A DNA stretch of 33,000 nucleotides from Octopus sinensis (Eukaryota), in NCBI RefSeq assembly GCF_006345805.1, contig NW_021835476.1:1571-34570 (forward strand), written 5' to 3'. The position numbers and the translations under genes are program-made. Position 1 is the first letter of the stretch. Each line of letters starts with the position of its first letter. Below are positions 1-9,883 of the stretch, piece after piece. The notes beneath the pieces are model-generated. The model was given only the letters and a program-made list of their open reading frames with translations, had not been told where the DNA came from and searched no databases.

Positions 1-393
1 CTCTCGGCATTGCAGAGACATTGGTAGAGAAAGCATCGAGTTGTTCCCTCAAGTTCAAATCGACATTAGCAGATGATGTTTTTTTGAGAGAATATGTCAT
101 TTCCACGGGGAGTTTGAGAGGAATTGGTTCGCCAGTTGACACGACTTGGATTAGTTTCATAAGACACGAAAACTGTATTTTATCAATGCTGCCAGATTTG
201 AAGACATCGACCAATTCCCTACCAATATTCGCATTCCTAACCATATTTTGGCCAAGTCTGTGTCAGGCAGCTTTGAACGTGCCAAATATGGAGCCAACGT
301 TGCTCCCGAAATAAACCCATTTGTAGAACTAAGTCTCGAAAAATCAAAATCCCATTTCTTAATTTCTTCCTGAGAACAAGACCAGATTGACAT
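1..393 (-). CDS. EH-domain protein, intersectin/Dap160-like, 5' part (continues beyond the window start)
   Basis: ATG at 393. One 23-nt GT-AG intron (241-219) gives MSIWSCSQEEIKKWDFDFSRLSSTNGFISGATLAPYLARSKLPDTDLAKIW|ELVDVFKSGSIDKIQFSCLMKLIQVVSTGEPIPLKLPVEM. This matches the first EH domain of intersectin (W..T.EE...GFITG...S.LP...LA.IW.L.D...G..D..EFS..MKLI). Confidence 0.75.
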
Positions 394-545
394 AAATTCG
401 CAATTTTAAAGCCTTTATTTAACACAAATATTAAACTAAAAATAAACCAACAAATAATATAGTCAAATAAATTTATCCTAAACTACAGAAAGCATACTTA
501 GTAAACAATAGCAAACCACAGAATAACTCACTAGTAACAATAACA

Positions 546-2232
546 TCACTGCCCCTCTTCCATAACCCTCTTGGATGGAAAATGAGGGACTGACTTCTTT
601 CTTTTAGTAGTACTCTGGGGTATTGAAGAGTCCCCTTCTTGTCGATATGTCGAGAAATCCCTCAAAACTAAACAAACCGACCAAACCTGTTAGGCTGCCT
701 TTTCCCCATTTGAGCCTGCCCTCTGCCTGTCCCACTAATCCTACGAGTCTACAACTACTTAATCAACTCCCTACAGAACTCTCCTCCAATATCCTCAGGC
801 GAGTCTCCAGCATTGCTCGATGTTCCACCCCCAACGAGGACTCCGCGTCCTCCTCACACAAGGCATCCACTCGGGAGGCAAGGGAGACCTTCGCTGCCAA
901 CATCCTCGATGCCTTTCCTTTCAATTTGGCCGAGGTTTGCCCGACGAGTTGTGACGAATAAATCAGTCCATACTTGGGCGTATTCCGATTGCCCTTCAAT
1001 GCTAAGAAAAGTGTTTTTTCTGCTCCAAAAATCTGAATTGTCGAGGAAGGCTGCTTGGCTAACTTCAAGAGGGATCCCGCATGGGAGATAAGACGGGCTC
1101 CCACCTGCTCCCCCACCAGAACTGTCACGTTGGGGGCCACAGCCATCATCCGATTGCTCAAATAATCAGTCAGATGAGTCCTGTACTCAATCAATTGAAT
1201 TATCTATAAATGTTAACAAAATCAGTCAACTGTGAATATAATCAATTCAAATTAATAAAGTATGAGATTTACCTGATTACATAACTCTTTTATACTAGTA
1301 AGGTCATCTGGTGAGCACTCCATGCCGATTGTTGTGTTGACTGAGGCCTTGAGATGTGCCTCGTCTTCCTCACTGAGCCAACGAGACAAATCTGCCTCTC
1401 CCAACCCACTTCGATCACCTTCAAATAAATCAAAAATACTAACCAAAGTTATAAATAAGCTGGGCATACAATAATGGATCAGGAACAAGCTTAACTAACT
1501 CTGGAAAGTGCCATCCATACCACTCTCTAGCCCGCATAACCAAATTATTGAGTTCCCTGTCCAGTTCATCCAACAAACCTACAACAAAATAAATTTAAAT
1601 AATTATTTATTTAAAAAATAAATTAATTATTAAATAATTAATTAAACTAATTAATTACCAATAGCATGAATAATCATAATGTCAATTTTGTCGGCCGAGA
1701 ATTTCAATTTGTACCGACAAAGCCCGTGAGTAAGGCCAAGAGAAGTGGCCGAAAGTTCATTGGAATGGACATCCAGCAGACTGGGGAGTTGTGCCCTTAT
1801 ACAACGAAACAATTCCACCACAGGGGCCCCCCAGACACAGTCCACAGCCACTTTATTCTGAGGATAAATTGACCAATCAGAGACCTTTATTAATGTCCCT
1901 AAACGTTGGTCGGCCACTGCGAGCTTCTCGTTGGATTGGGAGACTAATTTTAAGAGACGTTTCAGTTTTTTGTTCATTCGGCCTTCAATAAGGGAGGATG
2001 TGGCTGCAACAGACTCGGAAAGGTCCTTGAATTTGACAAAATACTTCATTTCCATGCTTTGGTGTTATGTGGTGATAAATGTACAATTTACTGGCTGTTT
2101 CTGGAGTGCTAAAATATTTGTACAGATCATCCACTTTTTGGAGTTTTTTTTCTTTTAATATCTTTATGTTATTTTTGTGTTAAATACCTTAAATATTGCA
2201 TACCCAGCGGATGTTTCAAAGAGTACCAACAT
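546..2232 (-). CDS. NOP58: Nucleolar protein 58 (box C/D snoRNP core), 9 exons
   Basis: Spliced product starts MLVLFETSAGYAIFK. It contains [45 protein letters not shown], the NOP domain (AVAPNVTVLVGEQVGARLISHAGSL...TPKYGLIY) and RISGTG. Introns are at 2187-2162, 2084-2057, 1884-1858, 1658-1579, 1443-1419, 1272-1204, 774-749 and 686-661, all GT-AG and frame-restoring. Confidence 0.95.
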
Positions 2233-2512
2233 GGACAATATTACAACTAATGTGTGTTTTAAACTTTATTTTAAATTTATTACTTTTATTTCAAACTGTT
2301 ATTATTTATAATAATAAAACATTATAAATGTTAATATTAGTAGAACTCATTTGACTATCTTTCAAGTGAGTTACTGAGTACATTTACTTGGACACCAAAT
2401 TTCACTGATTTATAAAAGAATCTTAAAAATAAATAATTAGAATTATTAATTAATTTAATAAATAGAAACTAATTAATTTTAATATAATAAATATTTAAGT
2501 GTATTCAAGTGG
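2233..2512. promoter_or_regulatory. AT-rich divergent spacer between the NOP58 and calcineurin B start codons (probable bidirectional promoter)
   Basis: 280 bp, very AT-rich, between head-to-head ATGs at 2232 (-) and 2513 (+). Promoter function is inferred from position only. Confidence 0.5.
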
Positions 2513-3157
2513 ATGGTATTCTTTTGTTGTAGAACAAATAGGGATCAACATTATCCTCAATATCCTCTACATCTCAATGTACAGCCACATCCCCCACCCT
2601 ATAGTCGACCGTGATGAAATACTCCGAATAGGCCGAAGATTCCGTAAAATAGACGTGGATGGCTCAGGCACTCTCTGCCTGGAAGAACTATTCAACCTCC
2701 CCGGCCTGGAATCCAATCCCCTCGTCCGCAGAGTCCTCGAAGTATTCGACACAGACAAAAACGGAGTGATCGATTTCAACGGTATAAACCCATCGATTAC
2801 CCACTAAGAGTTCATAAACGGCATTTCTCTATTCTGTGTAAAGGACACGGACATTGAGGCCAAATTGGCATGTGAGTAAGCATACTAATTCAGTCGCCTT
2901 TAAGATATATGACACGGACAATGAGGGGTACCTCACTCGGGAGGGAATGTTCAGAGTCCTCAAGACCATGGTGGGGGATAACTTGAAGGATGACCAACTC
3001 AGACAGGTCATTGACCGTACTATTGTGTTTGCTGACACTGATTGTGATGGAAAGTTGTCCTTTGAGGAGTTTTGTAATGTAATGGTCTTCCTTTCATTCA
3101 CAGGCTGTTCGACATATTGGCATTGACCAACAGATGGTCATCAATGCTGATATTTAA
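2513..3157 (+). CDS. PPP3R1: Calcineurin B regulatory subunit (4 EF-hands), 6 exons
   Basis: An ATG-only first coding exon and introns 2516-2541, 2579-2604, 2782-2808, 2872-2893 and 3079-3103 give [37 protein letters not shown]...[31 protein letters not shown]...FAFKIYDTD...[57 protein letters not shown]. This is collinear with calcineurin B, including the MGxxxS myristoylation motif. Confidence 0.9.
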
Positions 3158-3249
3158 CACTAATATACTTTAATTATTTATTAAATTATATTTAATTTAT
3201 TTTTGATTAATTTTTATTTAAATTTTGTTTTTGTGGATCAATTAGTTAG

Positions 3250-3760
3250 CCTTGTGGTAAGATGGTTCCAAGGTAGCGAATGATTTTAGCAAGATCCGGC
3301 CGAGTAGTGGCTACATATATTAGAATAGACGGACTAGGGTGAGGGAGTCGTTGGAATACTCTGGGGGGACTTTAATAGCTCAATGGCCTAGGGATAATTC
3401 GAATAGAACACACAACTCATTATCTGAACTTAACCTTTGGAATAGGCCATTTAGAATATTTAAAATTATTTTTTATGATAAAGATAGTCTGTATTACATA
3501 TTTAGGTAAAAGGAATATCATAATTAACTATATAATTACCTGCATATAAAACTAGATTATTATAAATACAATTTTATTGTAGCGTCCATCCTGGTGTGTT
3601 ATATTCTGGGTTTTTGTCTCACAATTACTTTTGTGGATTCAACATTGGCCCTACATTATTGTAGAGCTTCCTGGGTGTAGAGTTTTCTACTCCCCGTATA
3701 CTCTACTACATTAACTATAAAAAAAGTTATTGCATGACAATTCTATCAAATTTTCCATAT
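3250..3760 (-). CDS. Possible small multi-exon gene, structure unresolved
   Basis: GC-richer patches are separated by candidate GT-AG micro-introns on the minus strand (e.g. 24-nt GTCCGTCTATTCTAATATATGTAG and 23-nt GTAATTGTGAGACAAAAACCCAG). I found no unique frame-consistent model and recognised no homology. Confidence 0.25.
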
Positions 3761-4287
3761 TGTTATCATACCTATGCTAATGTAGTTTTAGACAGTTTAT
3801 TAATTCATAGGTTAAATTAACGTGAATAAAAATCAAAATTTAGTTTTTAGAAAATTTAGAAAAAGTCTCTCAGTCATTCCCGAGTATGTTGTTCAGGGAT
3901 TAGTCAAAAGTTATTGTAAAAAGACAAATTTTGTTATTTACAGAAAGACAGACAACAAACAGTGTGCCCAAATTGAGAGAACAAAAGATTAGATAAACCT
4001 TTGAACTAAAATAATGAGTAGTGATAAATATTAAAAGAATGAATAACATAAAAGTGATAGGTCGTGAAATATATAGCCTGCAATTGAAAATACTTATTTC
4101 AGAAAATTAGCAAAAAAGGCAGAATGTCCTAAAAATTGGTACTTTAAAAAAAACAGTTTTTCATTCAGTGATAAGGCGTATATACCCACAATATTTTAAC
4201 AAACACGCTTATTGATTAAATTTGGATTAACCACAAATAGGCGTATAAATGGTCAAATAAATCCACGTAGTTCGTTAAATAACAAAA

Positions 4288-4976
4288 ATGGTTCATTAAA
4301 GCAACTTATCATGTTTAGTTCAACTACGACTTTCTGGACCAAGAAATAGACCTGGGAATAACACCAGACACATTAGGACTGAGTACAATGCCCTCCCAGA
4401 ATAAGCAAACAGACATGTTTTCAATCAACGAAGAAACCGGTAAGTGAAAGTACTCATTAACAGGGGAAATTATGCCCACCAAAAACTACGAGGAGTCCTA
4501 CGTTGATATCCTCTAACACTCTTAGTTCACTCACATCCCTGTCCCCGACATCCGCGATAGGAGTTGGGGGAACCTCACCTACAATCCCCTTCCATACGAC
4601 CCCTCCACCAGGACGGACTATTGGCAGGGGTACTGGCCTATGGAGTCGGTCTTCAATGAGGTCCCTCAGTTGACGGATGACATAATAAACTACGACAAGA
4701 CCGAATATAAGGAGTTTATTAGGAATAACTCGTTTACTGAACAACAGGTGAAGCAAATGAATGAAGTCAGACGGAGAGGTCGAAATAGAGTATTCCACGT
4801 GCTTTATAGTCTAGATGGCTGCCAGGACATGCAGGGACCGGAAGAACTGTATTATTGAAACCTACAACAAAGAAATTGAGGTTCTTAAGACGAGAAAGCA
4901 CAGACTTGAACAAGAAAGTATGATTTTAGCCAAGAAGGTTCATGATCTGGTTCATCTCCATAAATCAAGGATTTGA
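4288..4976 (+). CDS. NFE2L2: Compact CNC-bZIP transcription factor (Nrf2/CncC-like), ~195 aa, 5 exons
   Basis: Introns 4291-4318, 4440-4463, 4502-4525 and 4790-4814 give M|FNYDFLDQEIDLG...FSINEETGEI...DDIINYDKTEYKEFIRNNSFTEQQVKQMNEVRRRGRNR|MAARTCRDRKNCIIETYNKEIEVLKTRKHRLEQES...*. The product has a DLG motif, an ETGE motif, the CNC domain, a basic region matching RRRGKNKVAAQNCRKRK and a zipper. The symbol denotes the family, not strict orthology. Confidence 0.88.
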
Positions 4977-5089
4977 TAAATTACGTTTATATGTTTTATT
5001 TCTAACACATTTCCATTTAATTATAATCTTAAATAATATATTAATAAATATTTTGTTTACAGATTTAGTCTGTTGTGGTCATTTAAGGA

Positions 5090-6546
5090 ATGATCGAAGA
5101 ATCAGTTTTAGATTACGAAGAAATAGACAGTGACCCCCCAATCGAACAAATCGGCCTATCTACAATAATAGAAGAGACCGAAGCCGACTTTGAGACTGAA
5201 CTACCCCCCATAAAAGTACCCCAAATAAATGACCCCCAAGGAGTACCCCTTCAACCCAGAAGTAGGCGAATATGCAGATATTGCCCGCCACGGAATAATC
5301 GAAGTGGCCGGTTAATGTCCGTGAATCACAACCAGGGGATGATCTCTGCGGAAATAAAGTGATCACATTCTCGGCCTGTCGTCTACCCCCAGGAGAGGAC
5401 CAAAGAGTGCTCAAGTAAGGCAGAACGTATAATATAGCTACCTAATGTTCACTCTGGACAAGTATGTGGAGAATGATTACGTAATCGTGTACTTCCACCA
5501 CGGACTGACACATACTCCCTCCATTCGGTTCCTCTATCAGGCATATCGACAATTGGACAGAAGGTGGGTCATTTTTTGTGACTTGGAGGTATAAAAAGAA
5601 CGTAAAGGCACTGTATATAGTCCATCCTACCACGGTCGTTAATTTTATCATCTCCGCCTTCCAACGGATAGTCAGGTTGGTCCCTGCCGACAGCCTTCAG
5701 TTCAAAATTCGCCCAGAAACTGCACAGGATTAGAAGTATAGGGGAAATGAACTCGATTGTACGAATAGACCAGCTAAAGATTCCCCATCAAGTCAAGCTG
5801 TACTGATTAGTCTCATTTTCTAGTCATGACATCAAATTGGGACACACCCCTCAGGTTGTGGAGTCCTCCCCCACTGCCCAGTTCGGGGTGTCCCTCGAAT
5901 AGTAAGTTGTGGATGTCAGTCTTAAGTGTACTGTCACAACACGTGTGTTCTGTCCCACCCATCGTGGAGCAGTGCATTGAGTATATAACTATGTTTGGTT
6001 GGTCTTGTTTGGGTAGTTGGGAGGGCTAGACTACGTGGGGATATTCCGGTTGTCGACCAGTCAAATGCTCCTTCATGATGTCCGGCAGAATATCAATCAA
6101 GGCATTTCTGTTGATTTTGGGGTTATTGGGGATGTGGTTCTCGTTTCTGTTCTTCTTAAACGCTTTTTTGGGGAGTTGACGCCTCCTCTGTTTGCAGATT
6201 CACTCCATCCACTCATTGTTGACTTCCAAGGTCTCATTGGTCTTCTAATCTTCAGCACATTCTGACAAGATCACGTGTGCTTGGAATATTCTGACCCAAC
6301 TGCCAGCAATAAACAGAAATTTGCTTTTTGTTTTGTTAGATTTGTTGGACATGGTGAGTGGTGGAGTGACCTGTTTAGGTACAACGAAGAAGTCAAGTCA
6401 ATTTGATGACTTCATCCAATTTGGGGATTGTTTTTGGGTGTAATCTGTGCAGGGCAGTCGATGGACTGTCCTCATTATTCTACATTAATCATTTCGTTAC
6501 ATTCCTCATCGATAACTACCACGACTTGAAAGCCATGGAGTACTAA
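5090..6546 (+). CDS. ARHGAP1: BCH/CRAL-TRIO + RhoGAP protein (ARHGAP1/8, p50RhoGAP-like), 11 exons
   Basis: Ten 23-26 nt GT-AG introns (5216-5240, 5311-5335, 5415-5437, 5564-5588, 5676-5700, 5800-5823, 5902-5926, 5998-6023, 6231-6255, 6354-6378). Motifs in order: YADIARHGIIEVAGDD, FSACRLPP, YKKNVKALYIVHPT, QFGVSL, GIFR (arginine finger), LLKRFFGEL, NLMTSSNLGIVFG. Confidence 0.92.
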
Positions 6547-6625
6547 TTAATAATTTATTCTAATTATTGTACTGCAGGAGGGTCCCCATTAGTCGTGGTG
6601 ATAGGACCTGGCTTGTCTCTACTTA

Positions 6626-6832
6626 TTAGGCGAGAGATACTTTTCTCTTATTAACTGGGGGGAATAATCTCAGTTTATTATTTTGAGTAAAGTCGGATAT
6701 AGAAATGATAGTTTGTAGTAGATAAGAAATAGACCACAGATTGTTGTGTATAATGGAATCAGCCACTTTCCGATAGTCAATGAAGCAGGTATATGCACTC
6801 TTCTGTGATTTATCGGCCTTCTCCATAATCAA
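6626..6832 (-). mobile_element. Degenerate LINE (RTE-like) reverse-transcriptase fragment
   Basis: EKADKSQKSAYTCFIDYRKVADSIIHNNLW resembles the RT motif EK......LY.CFIDY.KAFDSV.H..LW. Confidence 0.55.
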
Positions 6833-6929
6833 TCGGACATTAGCTATATAGTTGAACTTTGGTACTAGAGGAGTTTACTAAGAATCCTTTGGTTGTCCAA
6901 AATAACAAACATGGATATATTTATACGGG

Positions 6930-7230
6930 TCAATTTGGGCATTTTGTTTGAACGAAAAATCGTAAAACACGTTCTTTGGATATGTCATCTGCTTTATTGG
7001 ATAGAATCATTCTGCTGAGTAATATTTACAGGAAGATTTTCGCATAGTATTTAAAGACGACCCTCGAAGACCTGAGGAAGAGACTTCACAGCCGACCGAG
7101 GAATTGAAGACTATCAACAGTAGAATACGCAACGAAATTTCAAATGACCGGGAGGGGCAGAGAAATTGGCTTGTGAGATATTTAAAGATCGGACATGACT
7201 TAATTGGACAACTTAAGCTACCCTAACATC
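6930..7230 (+). mobile_element. Degenerate RTE-type LINE 3' fragment
   Basis: aaacacgttctttggatatgtc resembles the RTE copy at 32.3-32.5 kb (FFGHVAR). The downstream frame DREGQRNWLVRYLKIGHDL resembles the RTE C-terminal DR..WR.LV motif. Confidence 0.45.
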
Positions 7231-7388
7231 GAGAAGAGAAAGTCGTGAAAAATACTGAGATAATATGTAAAACTAGCATCTTTCAGGGGAATATAAAACA
7301 TTATTAAATAAAAGTTTTTCTTATAATAAAATTCAATTATAATAAAATTGATTTAAGAATAAAATCGAATAAACATTAAAAGTAGGTC

Positions 7389-8320
7389 ATGAAACTATTG
7401 AGCGCATGTCTTGGAAGTGCTACTGCATTATTATTAGTAATTAGTCGACCCACAGAGCAGTTTAATGCACAACATCAATCTAAAAGTAATCTTTTTTCCT
7501 CAACATTATAAAACTAGCCGACCACAAATTCTACGGATTACCAGCCAATCATACAATCCAACGTACATATTCCTATCATACAGTTAACTACGACACAACA
7601 AAAAAAATATCTGATTGGTCTCAATATTTAATAACAAAAAATAGCTCACAAGGTTTGTCTAATGTTATAATTCTCAAAGGCGAAGCAGATAGAAGAAACT
7701 GCAGGTTTCAAAATGACGAAAATATTTCAAAATATTTTTCGACCCCTGCTGACTACAAAAGAAGTGGATATTCAAGAGGACATCTCAGTCCATCGGGGTC
7801 ATTTAAATTCGATCAGGTCAATGACTTGTTCTATTTTAGACTGGAATGTGCGACACTTTTTATTTGACGAATATTGTCCCTCAGAATATAAGACAAAATT
7901 CTGGCATTTGGAATAATTTGGAACAATATCTGAGAAAGGAATTAATTAAAAAATTTGACAATATTTGGGTGGTAACTGGCCCGGCATTTCTACCCTTTGA
8001 TTCCGATTCAAAGGAAATTCGAATAAAAGTATTTTGAATTGTTCATTCACGAGGTCATCGGAAATAATAAAGTTTGGGTTCCAACCCACACATATAAGGT
8101 TGTTTTGTGTCAGTCTCAGACTGATACTTATTTGGGGGCCTTTCTGATTTTAAATGATTCTAGTGGATATCCAGAAGATTATAAGGACAACATGGTCAAA
8201 CAGTTAAGTATAAATTAGGTCAGCATTGATGAATTGGAACAAGATCTTGGATTTGATTTTTTTCCGGAACTGGATAGAACAGATGTCAAAGATTTACGTG
8301 ATTATCTGAAAATGGTTTAA
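7389..8320 (+). CDS. EXOG: EXOG-type mitochondrial nuclease (EndoG family, SRGH active site), ~266 aa, 6 exons
   Basis: Introns 7486-7517, 7653-7679, 7817-7839, 8029-8053 and 8195-8218. The product has an N-terminal hydrophobic segment, then YGLP, GEADRRNCRF, SGYSRGHL, TFYLTNIVPQ, NSGIWNNLE, WVVTGP, VPTHTYKV, LGAF and FFPELDR. SRGH rather than DRGH, and these flanking motifs, match EXOG. Confidence 0.85.
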
Positions 8321-8427
8321 ATTAGTTTAACGATTTTTTCTGGGTTTTTTCTTGGTTATGTATTGATTTTCATTTCAGATTGTTTCATTTTGTTAGGAAT
8401 TTAATTTATTTATGTTAATTATTTGGA

Positions 8428-9243
8428 ATTTAATTTATTTAGGCAATCTTCGAAGGCCTGCTTCCTGTCTCCAATCAACACCGTGTCGCTTGCCTCCGTG
8501 CAGGTCACTGTGAAAGCAGCGGTGTCTGGTTAAAGGCTCTCCCTCTCCCTTCCATCGGGAACCTGTTGGACAAGGAATGCCTAAGAATTGCAATCTCCCT
8601 CCGTGTCGGGCTGAAAATCTGCCAGACGCACAAATGCCGTTGTGGGGGAACTGTTGACGAGTACGGTTTGCATCCCCTCGCTTTCCGGCGGAGTGCCGGT
8701 CGTGCCCCCCGTCACAGTGAACTCAACTCAGTCATACAGAGAGCCCTCGCTTCAGCAGGCATCCCGTCAATCCTTGAACCTGTTGGATTGGATAGAGGGG
8801 ATGGCAAACGCCCTGACGGCATGTCCACCTTCCCCTACGAGCAGGGGAAATCCTTATTTGGGATTCTACCTGCTCGGACACGTTCTCGCTGGGAAATCTC
8901 GCTCTGTCCGCCGCCAATCCTGGGCACGCTTTCAGGCAGGCCGAGGAGCGAAAGATTCTCAAGTACGGCCACCTCTCCAACTCGCTGCTCTTTACTCCAA
9001 TTGCTGTGGAGTCCTCCGGGATCTTCGGTCCCAAGACACTCCGCTTCCTTCGCTCGCTCGGTCGACGGATTTCAAGGACTAGTCACGATCCAAGAGAGTT
9101 TTCTTGGCTCCTGGAACGTCTGTCGATTGCTGTGATCCGAGGGAACAGCTTCGCGATTCGCGAGGCTGGTCGGGTGTCTCGTGAGGCCTTTAATTAACTT
9201 AGCTATCTTTAATTTCTTTCTTGCTTTAAAAAAAAAAAAAAAA
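8428..9243 (+). mobile_element. 5'-truncated CRE-like non-LTR retrotransposon (Zn-knuckle + restriction-like endonuclease end), copy 1
   Basis: Encodes CRCG...HPLA, EPVGLDRGDGKRPDG and (after a frameshift at ~8853) WDSTCSDT...AEERKILKY...RLSIAVIRGN. It has a short 3'UTR, an A16 tail (9228-9243) and an 11-bp TSD aattatttgga (8417-8427 / 9242-9252). Confidence 0.9.
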
Positions 9244-9883
9244 TTATTTGGATGATCTAATTTTAATTATGTTTAGAGACTCTATTTAAAATAAAAGAAA
9301 AACGACATCAAAAAAACGCTAAAATTAAAAATACGAAAAAAAACAAAAGCTCATCAAATTGTTCCTTAACGTTTAGTTATCGAATGTTTTACCTGCCAAT
9401 TCTTGAACAGTAGAAAATATGGTATCCTATCTAATTCTTGCTTTAACTTAACTTTTACTTTTATCTTGGCTATATTACAATGAGTTAGGGTTGTGCCAGG
9501 GTTCTTCCAAACTGGCTTTGTGCTCGTTGCATGAATGTGAAAGGAGTTTTTAGAACCACTATTTCACCCATTCTTTATTTACCAATACTTACTTCGAGAA
9601 AATTCAATTAGAGCCCTAATGAGATTTTGCCATCTTTCCAAATACCAGGATATGCCCCAATTATAATTTCGAAGCATGTTAGATTTTATAGCCGCCGATA
9701 GCTTCTCAACTTTTATCAAAAAATACGAACTAACTGCAACAAAGACTGGTAAAAACTCCGCATGATTGACATCAATTTGCTTAATTCACCATTTCAAATT
9801 AAACTTAGCAGTTATGTGTCTTTAACAGATAGTCAAAAATTAAAATTTAGTTAGTATGTCTTAAATTAGTGAAATTATTTTAA

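Noticed and set aside
21-1091. Plus-strand ORFs 21-314, 623-961 and 813-1091
   Set aside because: They are antisense shadows of the EH-protein and NOP58 exons.
1204-1658. Intronic snoRNAs in the two longer NOP58 introns
   Set aside because: There is no RUGAUGA C box with a properly spaced CUGA D box and no H/ACA hairpins. The 80-nt intron is nearly all A/T.
4457-5651. Minus-strand ORFs 4457-4798, 5160-5414 and 5442-5651
   Set aside because: They are antisense shadows of the Nrf2 and ARHGAP exons.
7065-7110. CTGAGGA as a hammerhead ribozyme core or Penelope end
   Set aside because: There is no pairing stem II followed by GAAA, and the region is better explained as a decayed RTE 3' end.
9300-9800. 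Possible Helitron helicase remnant or small gene on the minus strand (MGEIVVLKTPFTFMQR...)
   Set aside because: The resemblance is limited to a few residues, and I found no consistent frame or splice model.
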